A stretch of 64,000 nucleotides of DNA from NCBI GenBank assembly GCA_963767925.1, contig CAVYGB010000002.1, positions 1,920,001 through 1,984,000 of the forward strand. Direction: 5' to 3'. The translations under genes and the position numbers were made by a program. Positions 1 through 9,742 of the stretch are shown here, piece by piece; position 1 is the first letter of the stretch, and each line of letters starts with the position of its first letter. The notes under the pieces are model-generated. The model saw nothing but the letters and a program-made list of their open reading frames with translations, ran no database searches and was not told the DNA's origin. This DNA is from an uncultured delta proteobacterium (GTDB taxonomy: Bacteria > Myxococcota_A > Polyangia > Fen-1088).

Positions 1-1234
1 GGCCTCGCTGGGCGACGTCACGCTGGCGGTGGCTCCGGGCACGCGCTGGGACTACTCGAACTTCGCGGTGATGGTGCTGTCGTACGTGCTGTCGCGGGCC
101 TCCGGGCAGGACTACGAGACCTTGCTGCGGGCGCGGCTGCTGCGGCCGCTCGGGATGAAACAGGCCTTCATCGCCCGCAAGCCGGGCGGGGTGGCGGTGG
201 CCCGGGGGCACCTTCCGACCGGCCAGCCCACCAGCCCCTGGGACATCCCGGTGAACCTGGCCGGGGTGGGCGGGGTGCGCGCCTCCCTCGACGACCTGGT
301 GGCCTACGCCCGGGCGGCGCTCGGGCGCGGCCCGGCCGGTCCGGTGGCGGCGATCCAGGCCAGCCAGCAGCCGGTCAGCCTGGGGCCGGGGGCGGCCTCC
401 GCGCCGGGCGCGGAGATGGGGATGGGCTGGGCCATCGGGCAGTTCGGCGGGCGGCAGGCGCTGCTGCACGAGGGCGGCACCGGCGGCTTCTCCGCCTTCG
501 TCGCGGTCGAGCGGCCGGCGGGCCGGGCGGTGGTGCTGCTGTCGGACACGGCGCTGCATGGGGTGGGTGGGCTGCAGGCGGTGGGGCTGCACCTGCTCGG
601 CCTGGGCCCGCTGCCGTCGCCCCGCAAGCTGGCGGCGCCCCCGGCGGAGCTGCTCGCCGCGCTCGAGGGGCGCTACCGCCTCGAGGGGGGCCTGGGGCTG
701 CGGCTGTTCGTGCGCGAGGGCAAGCTCTTCGTCCACGCCGACGGCCAGACCGAACACGCCATGGGCCACGACAGCGAGGGTGACTTCTTCCCGCTCGACT
801 TCGACGCCCGCCTGTCGCCCCTCCGGGGCAAAGACGGCATGACCTTCACCTGGGCCCAGGGCGGTGGCGAGGTGAAGGCCACCCGCGAGCCCGCCTCCCC
901 GGCCGGCGCCGGCAAACCCCCGGCGACCGCGAAGTCCGCGAAGCCGGCGGCGCCGGTGGCCACCGCGGATTACCTGGGGGAATATCCGCTGGTGCCCGGC
1001 TTCACGCTCACCGTCACCGGGGAGAAGGGCAAGCTGTTCGTGCAGGGGACCGGCCAGCCGCGCATCGAGGTGGACCCCGTCGGCAAAGACGTGTTCACGG
1101 CCGAGTCGGTGGGCGCGGAGCTCACCTTCGAGCGCGACGACAAGGGCCAGGTGCAGGCGGTGACCCTGCGCCAGGGCGGCCAGCGCCTGCGCGCTCTCCG
1201 TCGGGCCCCGGGTGCAGCGGCGACCGCGCCCTGA
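1..1234 (+). CDS. Serine hydrolase (class C beta-lactamase family) with two C-terminal DUF3471-like domains; 5' end outside the window
   Basis: YSN motif (WDYSNF), LGM motif and HEGGTGGF motif; two repeats beginning EGRYRL and LGEYPL; frame is open back to the window start. Confidence 0.85.
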   Translation, partial: ASLGDVTLAVAPGTRWDYSNFAVMVLSYVLSRASGQDYETLLRARLLRPLGMKQAFIARKPGGVAVARGHLPTGQPTSPWDIPVNLAGVGGVRASLDDLVAYARAALGRGPAGPVAAIQASQQPVSLGPGAASAPGAEMGMGWAIGQFGGRQALLHEGGTGGFSAFVAVERPAGRAVVLLSDTALHGVGGLQAVGLHLLGLGPLPSPRKLAAPPAELLAALEGRYRLEGGLGLRLFVREGKLFVHADGQTEHAMGHDSEGDFFPLDFDARLSPLRGKDGMTFTWAQGGGEVKATREPASPAGAGKPPATAKSAKPAAPVATADYLGEYPLVPGFTLTVTGEKGKLFVQGTGQPRIEVDPVGKDVFTAESVGAELTFERDDKGQVQAVTLRQGGQRLRALRRAPGAAATAP

Positions 1235-1245
1235 CCGGGAGCGCT

Positions 1246-1590
1246 TCAGCCCTTGCGGGCCCCCGGGCGGACGCCGGCCAGGGGGGTCAGCTCCGAGAAG
1301 ACCTTCGTCGCCTCCGGCACCTCGGCAATGGGGACGTAATCGCAGACCTCCGCGTAGCGCTCCCACATCTTCAGGACGACCGGGTTGGCGTGGGCGCTCT
1401 CGATGGCCTCGCCCGAGATCCACTCGAACACCTCGACCACCGTGCCGTCCTCGGCCAGCGCGGTGATGGGGGCCCGGTCGGTGACCAGCCCCTGGCCACG
1501 CAAGATGGCGACGTGGTCGAGGATCAGCGCCGCGAGCGCTTCTTTTTTTCCGGGCCGGGGGCGGTAGCAGGCGATGACGATTCGACCCAT
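1246..1590 (-). CDS. Small hypothetical protein, possibly a dimeric alpha/beta barrel (ABM-like)
   Basis: 114 aa with coding-like composition: IVIACYRPRPGK...VEVFEW...AHANPVV..MWERY. Confidence 0.65.
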   Translation of the reverse strand: MGRIVIACYRPRPGKKEALAALILDHVAILRGQGLVTDRAPITALAEDGTVVEVFEWISGEAIESAHANPVVLKMWERYAEVCDYVPIAEVPEATKVFSELTPLAGVRPGARKG

Positions 1591-3842
1591 GCTGGGTCGG
1601 ACGTTACCCCGGTTTTTTCACCCGGGCGACGGAAGATCCAGACGATCGCGCCGAAGGTGGCGAGGGTGGCGGCGGCCATCAGGGTGTATTGCTCGTCGCC
1701 CCAGCGGGACATCCCCTTCAAGGGGGCCCAGGCCACGAACTGGGTGAAGCCGGTCAGCAGCAGCAGCCAGCGGCCCACCTGCTCGCGCTGCTCGGCCAGC
1801 AGGGCGATCCCCAGGATGAAGGCGTAGTAATACGACGTCAGCTCGACCGCCACCGGGACGAAGGTGATGCCGAGGGCGGCGGCCACCCAGAGATCGACGT
1901 GGCGGGCGCACAGGCCGATCATCACGAGCCAGCCCAGGGCGATCAACAGGGCCAGCGGGCGGGCCTCCTTCCACGAGTCGAGCCGGGCCTGCTTCCAGGG
2001 TGACCAGGGGTCGATCAGGCGGCTGTCGTTGGTGAAGCGGCCCACCTCGGCGGGCCGCCAGGAGACGACCGTGCGCAGCCCCAGGTTGTTCACCAGGGGC
2101 GTCTCCTTGTGTTTCGTCGTGTTGGCCGCGAACTCCTGGTAGGCCCTGGTCCCGCCCGACACGGCCAGGCTGACCCCCACGAGCAAGCTGCCCACCAGCG
2201 CGGCCGAGACGAAGAAGCGCACCGCCCCCGACCGGGTGAAGGCCGCGCCGGACGCGCCGTAGTCCCAGCGGGGCGGCGGTGGATCGCTCGCCGGGGCCGG
2301 CGCCGGGCTCGCCGCCGCGGCCTTCGCCCGGCGGCCCTGGTAGAGGTGCCACACCAGCCCGATGGCCGGGCCGGCGAACAGGAACACCGGAAACACGCGC
2401 AGCCCGGTGGCGTAGGCCAGGGCGGCGCCGGCCAGGGCGGGCCGCTGCTTGCGCAGGCAGCAGATGGCGGCGATCGTATAAAACAGCCAGTCCCAGCGCA
2501 GGAACGAGCCCCCGGTCCAGTAGAACCGGGAGGGGAAGTTGGTGGCGAAGGCCAGCAGCGCCACCGCCAGCACCCGCCAGCCGAAGGCCCAGTAGACAAC
2601 CGCGATGGTGGCGGCCAGATACAGCGGGTCGAGCATGGCCAGCGCGTAGAGCTGGGTGTTGCTCGCCGGCGAGAGGTTGGCCAGCGTGGTGCCGAGCGCG
2701 TTCCACAGCGGGGTGGCGTTGTAGCCGTGGTCGAGCTGGATGTCGTCCCAGGTGCGGGCGCCCAGGCGGGCCCGGAAGAAGGAGACGTCCTTCCTGAAGG
2801 CCTGCCAGCGCGGCTCGGAGAAGTGGGCCTTGCAGCGCTCGGGGTTGGCGACGATGCCGGTGCTCGGCTCGAGCACGTTGGTGGTGAGGTTGGTGGTGCG
2901 GCGGCGCTCGACCCGCCGGCGCAGGCCATCTTCGACGTCGGCGACCGACAGGCAGTCGTACAGGCGGGTGTACGACAGCTCGGGGAAATATTTGCTGCCG
3001 ACGTAGTAGTGCACCCACTCGTGGGTGTGGATGAAGTTGCCGAAGTGGAAGAAGCCGAAGTTGATGAAGGTCAGCGCGCCCAGCACGCCGAGGATCTTCA
3101 GCAGGCGGAGGCGCAGGGGGCGGCGAAACTCCGGCCGCCCCTGCCGCTGCAGGGTCAGCCCCCATTGCAGCAGCCCCAGCCCCAGCACCGCCAGCACCAG
3201 CTCCCAGCGGGCGCTGCTCTCGTCGTTCCAGTAGGTCAAGATGGTGCGCGTGGTGGGCGCGGCCTGGGCGGTGCCCACCGTCATCGCCGGCGGGAACGGC
3301 TGCGGCATCTGGCAAAACACCTGGATCTCGGACAGCGAATACGAGCTGTCGCCCTCGCCCTCGCCGAACTTGAGGTAGCGGACCGGCTTGTCGCCCAGCG
3401 AGACGCTGCGCCCGCGCAGCCCGTGCCCGGCGACCGGATCGATGTGCCCCAGCTCGCTGAAGGTCTGCCCGTCGGTCGACCCCCACAGGGTGTAGGTGTC
3501 GTTGGCGTCGGCCTGGATCCAGGCCACCGCGAGCGGATGGGTCGCCCCGAGATCCCAGGTCACGGTGGCCGCGCCAGTATCGAGGATCACCGCCAGCGGC
3601 GCGTCCCAGATCGCCCCCTCGGGCGCCTTGATCCCGTCGGTGGCCTGCTCGAGCCGGCCCCGCATGTCCTGCCAGCTCCAGGCCGACTTGCCGGCCAGCA
3701 GGTTCCCGGCCGGGCAGGCGGACGCCGACGACATCGGGGGTTGCGCCGGAGTTTGCGCGGCGGCGAACCGGACCGGCAAGGCATCGTAGGCGGCGACGGC
3801 GGCCAGCAGCGCGAGGAGGGCCAGGGGGCGAACGGGCTTCAT
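1524..3842 (-). CDS. Membrane protein with N-terminal discoidin/F5-8-like domain and a GT-C/GT87-like multi-TM region
   Basis: Signal peptide; beta-sandwich segment (VTWDLG...IQADANDTY...VRYLKF...LSEIQVF); many hydrophobic helices; HGYNATPLW and WTGGSFLRWDW loops. Confidence 0.65.
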   Translation of the reverse strand: MKPVRPLALLALLAAVAAYDALPVRFAAAQTPAQPPMSSASACPAGNLLAGKSAWSWQDMRGRLEQATDGIKAPEGAIWDAPLAVILDTGAATVTWDLGATHPLAVAWIQADANDTYTLWGSTDGQTFSELGHIDPVAGHGLRGRSVSLGDKPVRYLKFGEGEGDSSYSLSEIQVFCQMPQPFPPAMTVGTAQAAPTTRTILTYWNDESSARWELVLAVLGLGLLQWGLTLQRQGRPEFRRPLRLRLLKILGVLGALTFINFGFFHFGNFIHTHEWVHYYVGSKYFPELSYTRLYDCLSVADVEDGLRRRVERRRTTNLTTNVLEPSTGIVANPERCKAHFSEPRWQAFRKDVSFFRARLGARTWDDIQLDHGYNATPLWNALGTTLANLSPASNTQLYALAMLDPLYLAATIAVVYWAFGWRVLAVALLAFATNFPSRFYWTGGSFLRWDWLFYTIAAICCLRKQRPALAGAALAYATGLRVFPVFLFAGPAIGLVWHLYQGRRAKAAAASPAPAPASDPPPPRWDYGASGAAFTRSGAVRFFVSAALVGSLLVGVSLAVSGGTRAYQEFAANTTKHKETPLVNNLGLRTVVSWRPAEVGRFTNDSRLIDPWSPWKQARLDSWKEARPLALLIALGWLVMIGLCARHVDLWVAAALGITFVPVAVELTSYYYAFILGIALLAEQREQVGRWLLLLTGFTQFVAWAPLKGMSRWGDEQYTLMAAATLATFGAIVWIFRRPGEKTGVTSDPAWVESSSPATAPGPEKKKRSRR

Positions 3843-3934
3843 GGGAGGGTCCGTATCTTAGAGCCGGATCGGCTCCAGGTGATCGCCCGGCTGCATCGCG
3901 TCTGGCTCACGCGGTCGAATCGAGCCGGACGCCA

Positions 3935-4867
3935 TCAAACCCGCGGCAACATCTGCGGATAAACCAGGTAAACCCGCTCGAACTGCCCCGTCCACAGCCA
4001 GGGCTCCAGCACCTCCACCCCCCCGAACGCCCCCCGCGCCACCGCGTCCTTGCGCAGCACCCGCGACACCAGCACCGGATTGGCCCCCGCATAAACCACC
4101 TGCTGCTGCGGGATCAGCTCCGCAGCCAGCGCCCGCAAGTCCGTCCCGGGCGGCAGCTCGTCGAGCGGGTAGAGCTGCGACGAGACGATATCGCTCGCCA
4201 GCAGCGCCGCCCCCCCGCTCCGGCACAGCCCCGCCAGCGTGCGCAGGTGGACCGCCATGGTGGCCAGCCGCAGCTCCAGGCTGGCCGGCCCGGGATCGCC
4301 GTCGTCTTCCCGGGCGGCGCCCCGCTCGCGCCGTCCCTCGCGCGCGTCGGTCAGCGCCGCCTCGAGGCTCCAGCCGAGCTGGCTCATCAGGCAACAGGAG
4401 ACCGCCACGTCGGCCCGCCCCGCCGGCAGCGCGCCGGTGATCGCCGCCGTCCCCTCGGCCACCGCCTGCTCGAGGGCGGCGGCGTCGGGCGCCTTGCTCC
4501 GCCAGCGGTCGAGCCGGTGGAGCAGCCCCGTCAGATCCACCCCCCCGTGGGCGGCGATCCGCTCGGCCAGCGCCGCCGGCTGGCGCTGCCGGGCGCGCTC
4601 GACCGCGCCGGCGTCGATGTCGACAAGGTGGATCGCGCCGAACCGGCCGGCCAGCGCCGGCAGGTCGACGTCGTTGCAGTTGCCCGCCCCCAGCAGGACC
4701 AGGGTCGAGCCGGCGCCGGCCCCGACCCGCTCGCCCACCGCCAGGATGGTGGCGGTCAGCCGCTCGCGGTGGGCGCGGTACAGCTCCCAGTCGTCGCGCG
4801 AACGCTGGTTGCCGTGGGCGTGCAGGCGGGTGACGCGCGACAGGCTGCTGGCGGTCGGATCGGCCAT
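3935..4867 (-). CDS. Hypothetical protein with class I SAM-methyltransferase-like Rossmann motif
   Basis: LVLLGAGNCNDVDL followed by IHLVDID. Confidence 0.6.
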   Translation of the reverse strand: MADPTASSLSRVTRLHAHGNQRSRDDWELYRAHRERLTATILAVGERVGAGAGSTLVLLGAGNCNDVDLPALAGRFGAIHLVDIDAGAVERARQRQPAALAERIAAHGGVDLTGLLHRLDRWRSKAPDAAALEQAVAEGTAAITGALPAGRADVAVSCCLMSQLGWSLEAALTDAREGRRERGAAREDDGDPGPASLELRLATMAVHLRTLAGLCRSGGAALLASDIVSSQLYPLDELPPGTDLRALAAELIPQQQVVYAGANPVLVSRVLRKDAVARGAFGGVEVLEPWLWTGQFERVYLVYPQMLPRV

Positions 4868-4939
4868 GGGGCTCTCGGCCCCAATCTTACCCCGGCCCGC
4901 CCCCCCTCGGCCCTCCCGGCGGCGGCCGGCGCCGCCGCG

Positions 4940-7087
4940 TCAGATGGCCTGGGCGGGCGTCTCCTGATCGACCTCGGCGGCCAGCGCCTCGTTGAGGCGG
5001 TAGAGGTGGTTGCCCACCGTCTCGTAGGCGTTGACCAGCTCGGTGCTGTTGAGGCGGCGGGCGATCATCACCGGCTCGCCCTTGTCGGCGTCGACAAGCA
5101 GCCCCTGGCGGCTCTCCGATTCGGTGGCGTTGAGGCGGATCTCCCGGGAGCGCGCGCTGTCGAGGTCGGGCGTCAGGCCGGCCTTCAGGTCACGGGCCAG
5201 CTCGTCGATCCCCTCGACCAGCAACGCGTGCAGCGCCTCGAGCGTCGTGCGGTCGCGGGGCGGCAGCTCGCCGGCCGCGCCGGCCGGCTGCAGGGCCAGG
5301 TTCTGCTCGGTGTTGCGCTCGGCGTGGTGGAGCAGCTCCTCGAGCGCGCGCTGGAGCTGCACCGTGGCCACCGCGGCCTGGCGCAGGCGCCCCATCTCCT
5401 GATGGTCGGTCCGGGTCAGCAGGGCCCCGCCCAGCAGGGGCTCGATCTCGGCCCGGGTCTCGGCCAGGATGTGCTCGCAGTCGCGGCCGCGCCGCCGCTC
5501 GCCCAGCACGGTGAGGTCGCGGATGGCGCCGAGCACCTCGCGGTAGCGGCCCAGCGCCGCCACCAGGCCGGTGCGCAGGGCGCTGACCCCCTCGGTGCCG
5601 TGCAGGGGCGTGACCCGCCGGGTGCGCGAGCGCAGGGCCATCCGCTCGACCGTCTTGACCGCCGAGGGGATGCAGGCCAGCAGCAGCACCGTCACCAGCG
5701 CCTGCCCGAGGGCGAAGCCCGCCACCAGGTGGCGCCCCATGAGGGGCAGCAGGACCTTCTTGCCGTAGGCCACCGCCGCCACCTGCCCCGGCACCAGCGC
5801 GTCGCTGAGATCGGCCAGCAACCCGGCCCCCGCGGCCAGCACCAGCGTCCCGCACAGACCCAGCAGCAGGTGCACCCGGGCCACCCGCCGCGAGGCCGAC
5901 CCGAAGGGGCCAGCGACGATCTGGGTGCCGATGGCCGCGCCGAGCGTGCTGCCCGACAGGATGGCCAGCGCGCTGGTCAGGTCGAGGCGGCCGGTGCTCT
6001 GGGCCAGCCCCAGCACCAGCACGAACACCGGCGCCGGCCCCTGCAGCAGGGCGGTCAGCAGCACGCCCGCCAGCACGCAGGACAGCCGCCCCGACAGCGT
6101 GCCGGCGTGGAAGTGGTCGAGGTAGGGCAGCAGCTCCGGGTTGGAGACCAGGGGCTCGAACCCCTGGCGCAGCAGGTGCAACCCGAAGAACAGCAGCCCG
6201 CAGCCGAGGATGATCTTGCCGAAGGCCTCGCTGCGCCGGTCCGAGGCCAGCGCCAGCCACAGCACCCCGATGCTGACCACCAGCAGCCCCTCGCGGGTGG
6301 AGACCAGCCCCAGCACCGACGGCGTCACCGCCGCCCCGAGCTGGGCGCCCAGCAGCACCGCCACCGCCGGCCCCACCGCGATCAGGTGCGACTCGACCAG
6401 GCCCACCACCAGCCCGGCTGCCGTGGTGGTGAACTGGGTGATGCCGCCGACCGCCACCCCCAGCCCCAGCGCCGCCGGCGTGCGCCGGCCGATCTTGGCC
6501 AGCAGGCCGTTGCCCCGGTCGCCGGTGTACTGGCGACCGCCGCGGGCCATCACCCGCAGCCCGAAGAACAGCAGCGCCAGCCCCCCGATCACCTCCCGGA
6601 ACAGCTTCCGGTAGCTGATGGTCTTGATGCGCATGTCGTAGGGCTTGCTGCGCTCTTCCTTGCTGTAGCCCACGCGCAGCTTGGCCCGACCCTCGAAGGC
6701 CTGCTGGGGGATGCGCACGACCAGCGTGTCCTCCCCCCGGTGCATGACCTGCATCTCGGTGGTGGGGAGCTGCCGGCCCGAGCGGTAATCGGTGACCGAG
6801 AGCGACGCCGCCAGCGGTCGGCTGCGCTGCTTGTAGGTGTCGATGAAGGCGACCTCGACCGCGCTGCCCGGGGTGGGCTCGCCGCGGACCTCGACCACCT
6901 CGATCAGCTCCTTGTTCCGGTCTTCCTCCGGGAGCTGGGTGGCGGTGGCGCCTGCGCCCTCTTCGGCCGGACCGGTCCCGTTGGAGGGCTCTCCCTCGTC
7001 GAGCAGCGTGTAACCGAGCAGCAGAGCGGCGGATACCGACCAGGCCGCGGCGGTCCGCCAGCGCCGGTGTTTAGTCTGCGACTCCAT
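4940..7087 (-). CDS. Na+/phosphate cotransporter (NptA family) with N-terminal extracytoplasmic extension and PhoU-like helical C-terminus
   Basis: IGGLALLFFGL, ITQFTT...LLGAQLGAAVT and second repeat LLQGP...ILSGSTLGAAI; helical cytoplasmic tail. Confidence 0.8.
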   Translation of the reverse strand: MESQTKHRRWRTAAAWSVSAALLLGYTLLDEGEPSNGTGPAEEGAGATATQLPEEDRNKELIEVVEVRGEPTPGSAVEVAFIDTYKQRSRPLAASLSVTDYRSGRQLPTTEMQVMHRGEDTLVVRIPQQAFEGRAKLRVGYSKEERSKPYDMRIKTISYRKLFREVIGGLALLFFGLRVMARGGRQYTGDRGNGLLAKIGRRTPAALGLGVAVGGITQFTTTAAGLVVGLVESHLIAVGPAVAVLLGAQLGAAVTPSVLGLVSTREGLLVVSIGVLWLALASDRRSEAFGKIILGCGLLFFGLHLLRQGFEPLVSNPELLPYLDHFHAGTLSGRLSCVLAGVLLTALLQGPAPVFVLVLGLAQSTGRLDLTSALAILSGSTLGAAIGTQIVAGPFGSASRRVARVHLLLGLCGTLVLAAGAGLLADLSDALVPGQVAAVAYGKKVLLPLMGRHLVAGFALGQALVTVLLLACIPSAVKTVERMALRSRTRRVTPLHGTEGVSALRTGLVAALGRYREVLGAIRDLTVLGERRRGRDCEHILAETRAEIEPLLGGALLTRTDHQEMGRLRQAAVATVQLQRALEELLHHAERNTEQNLALQPAGAAGELPPRDRTTLEALHALLVEGIDELARDLKAGLTPDLDSARSREIRLNATESESRQGLLVDADKGEPVMIARRLNSTELVNAYETVGNHLYRLNEALAAEVDQETPAQAI

Positions 7088-7958
7088 GGACAGCTTGGGC
7101 GGCCTCCTCGAACTTGCTGACCCGGCTCGGCTCCGCGCCGACCGTCCCGAGTAGGTCTATCAGCCAACCCGGGGGCGCGGTGCGACACTTTAGCTCGATT
7201 ATAGCTCGTTCGAACCTACGTTTGGCGGGTCCGAGCCCGTCGCGCACGAGCCCCTGATCGCGGCGCCACAGATCGGCCGGTGGAGCGAAGAACTCCACCG
7301 CCACGTCGAGGGTGACCCGCAGCCCACCCTCGGGGTCCTGCCAGGGGAGCCGCCGGTAGTGCACGAGGCAGTCCGCACGCAACGGCTCCGTATACCCGGC
7401 GCAGTAGGTGAGGATCTCCCGCAGGCTCCCCTCGCCCCAGAAGCTGGCCGGGGCGGGGGTCTGGGCGTCGATCTCGAAGTCGTGGGAGACGACCGGAGGG
7501 TGGGCGGCGCTGGTTTCCCCCAGCGAGGAGAGGACCTCGGGGACGTACTGTCGGGGGATGGCAAGCCGGTGCTTGCCGGTGCGGTTGCCGTCGCGGAACT
7601 TGAGCTCCAGCCAGATGCCCGGTGAGTGGTGGAAGACCTCGCGCGGGTCGGTGGCCAGCTCGGCCAGCGAGGGGTGCAGGTCGTAATAGGCCCGGGCGCG
7701 CAGCTTGGCGTGGTGGGCGCCGGGCTCGCCGGAGCGCAGGGCCCGGTAGACCTGGCGCGAGCGGGTGTCGAAGTACACCGTGGTCACGAAGTGCCGCGGA
7801 CGCGGCAAGGTGTTGGCGTCGGCCCCGATGAAGCGGTGGTGGCGCAGGTGCCGGTTGAGCGCCTGGGTGAACGCCTGCGCCCGGCCGGGCGCCAGGAGAT
7901 AACGGTGCTCCTGCCGCTCGGCGGACAGATCCGCCGCGGCCATTGCCAGTTGCGACAT
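7071..7958 (-). CDS. VTC domain (CYTH-like polyphosphate polymerase family) protein
   Basis: RQEHRY, TVYFDT, KLRARAY, WLELK, RVTLD, IIELK, SKF motifs. Confidence 0.85.
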   Translation of the reverse strand: MSQLAMAAADLSAERQEHRYLLAPGRAQAFTQALNRHLRHHRFIGADANTLPRPRHFVTTVYFDTRSRQVYRALRSGEPGAHHAKLRARAYYDLHPSLAELATDPREVFHHSPGIWLELKFRDGNRTGKHRLAIPRQYVPEVLSSLGETSAAHPPVVSHDFEIDAQTPAPASFWGEGSLREILTYCAGYTEPLRADCLVHYRRLPWQDPEGGLRVTLDVAVEFFAPPADLWRRDQGLVRDGLGPAKRRFERAIIELKCRTAPPGWLIDLLGTVGAEPSRVSKFEEAAQAVHGVAD

Positions 7959-8035
7959 GAAACGCGCCTTACCATTTAATGTGGCGGTTCAAGGGCGCGG
8001 CGGCAACCGCGGCCGGATGTGGGTACGGCCGGGCG

Positions 8036-9742
8036 TCAGTCCGACGGGCCGTCGGGATTGACGTGGCAGCCGAGCGCGATGGCCGAGACGTGCTTGAGCA
8101 GCGAGATGTTGTCCCCGTGGCGCCCGAGCTGGCGCTGAACCAGGGCCTGACCGCGCGCCGTGTCGGCCAGGGGACCGAGGCTCTTGACCACCGTCGAGGG
8201 CCAGACGTCTGCGAACTGGTCGCGCAGGCGCCAGGCCCGATCCCCGTCGAGCTCGTTCATGGAGTCGATGGCCTCTTTCACCATCGGGGCCAGGTTCTCG
8301 CGCAGGTCCCAGGCCCGGGGATCGTCGATCCGGGCCAGCGTCTCGAACACCGGCTTGGGGGCCCGGGTGACGTAGCGCTTGCGCCACTTGAAGGACCGGT
8401 CCGACAGGACGTATTTGAGCGAGGAGATGGCCACCGTGGGGGCGTGGTCGCGCATCACCTTGCGCAGGTCCCAGGCCCGCTCGTCGTCGAGGCCGATCAG
8501 CGATTTGCCGAGCACGCGCGCGTTCTCGAACAGGGCCAGCGCGGCGTCGCCGCCCCGGCTCTTGAGCCAGCGCTCCCGGATCTCCCAGGCCCGCTCGCTG
8601 GCCAGGCCGGCCAGCGAGGCGGCCACCACGTCGAGGTGCTCGGCCTGCAGGCGGTCGCGCAGGGCCCAGGCCTCCGCGTCGTCGATGCCGTCGAGGGCCA
8701 GCAACACGTCGAGGGGCGCCCGTTCGGCGAGGCGGCCGCGCAGCTCGGCGCTGCGGGGGTGGGGCTGGGCCAGGCCGCTCAGGCTGCGGGCCACCCGGCC
8801 GGGGAGCTGGTCCATCAGCTCGGTCCGGATCTGCCAGGACAGCGGATCGGTCAGGCCGCTGCAGCCGGCCAGCAAGGTCTCGGGCGCGGTCGGAAGCAGC
8901 GCCCGACGGCGATCGTCGACGCCGGGGCCGTGCAGGCCGCTCAGCAGATAGGCGGTCGTGTGGGGCTCGCGGGTCAGCCGGTCGTCGATCAGCTCGAGGA
9001 AGCGCCCGAGCGCCGCCGGCGGATCGGCCACCGGCGCGGCCGCCCGGGTGGGCGTCGCCTTGGCCTCCTCTGCCCGGGCCATCTCGAGCGCGGCGGGCAC
9101 GCCCTTCTGGGCGGCCAGCAGCAGGGCGCGGGACACCCGATCGACGGCGGCGTGCAGATCGCCGCCGTTGTCCACCACCAGCCAGCGCTCGGGATCGGCG
9201 GCGGCCATGGTCCGGTAGCCGTTGCGAAAGCGGTGCTGCATGCCCACCCCGCCCAGCCCCTTGCGCGAGGGCGGGCGGCGGTCGAGCGTGATCAGCTTGG
9301 CCACCCGCCGGCGGGCGCGGGCCAGGTGGGGGTCGACGTCGACGAGCACCACCAGGTCGGGGCGCAGCCCCCGGGCGGCGGCGTCCAGCACCGGCCGCAG
9401 CCAGGCCTCGGACAGCCCCCGCCCGTGCCGGGCCAGCACCTCGGCGCTGAACAGGAAGCGGTCGGCGATGACCACGTCGGCCCGGCCGAGGGCCGGGCGG
9501 GTCATCTCCTCGAGGAGCTGCACGTCGCGGGTGACGTAGAGGAAGAACTCGGCGAAGGGGGTGAGGTCGAGGTTGCGGGCGTCGCGCCCGAACTCGCGCA
9601 GGTTCTGGGTGACCGCCGAGGAGAACTTGCCCCCCTCGCGCAGGTGCTCCACCGTGAGGCCAGAGGCGCGCAGGCGCTCGGCCGCCAGGTTGGAGATGGT
9701 GGTCTTGCCGCTCCCGTCGATGCCTTCGAAGACGACGAACAT
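8036..9742 (-). CDS. tmk: Thymidylate kinase-like P-loop kinase fused to about 10 helical repeats of about 27 aa
   Basis: FEGIDGSGKTT P-loop, VIADRF and PDLVVLVDVDP motifs; C-terminal repeats of type SL.GL.D.RAW.LR; start overlaps the porin stop (TGATG). Confidence 0.8.
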   Translation of the reverse strand: MFVVFEGIDGSGKTTISNLAAERLRASGLTVEHLREGGKFSSAVTQNLREFGRDARNLDLTPFAEFFLYVTRDVQLLEEMTRPALGRADVVIADRFLFSAEVLARHGRGLSEAWLRPVLDAAARGLRPDLVVLVDVDPHLARARRRVAKLITLDRRPPSRKGLGGVGMQHRFRNGYRTMAAADPERWLVVDNGGDLHAAVDRVSRALLLAAQKGVPAALEMARAEEAKATPTRAAAPVADPPAALGRFLELIDDRLTREPHTTAYLLSGLHGPGVDDRRRALLPTAPETLLAGCSGLTDPLSWQIRTELMDQLPGRVARSLSGLAQPHPRSAELRGRLAERAPLDVLLALDGIDDAEAWALRDRLQAEHLDVVAASLAGLASERAWEIRERWLKSRGGDAALALFENARVLGKSLIGLDDERAWDLRKVMRDHAPTVAISSLKYVLSDRSFKWRKRYVTRAPKPVFETLARIDDPRAWDLRENLAPMVKEAIDSMNELDGDRAWRLRDQFADVWPSTVVKSLGPLADTARGQALVQRQLGRHGDNISLLKHVSAIALGCHVNPDGPSD

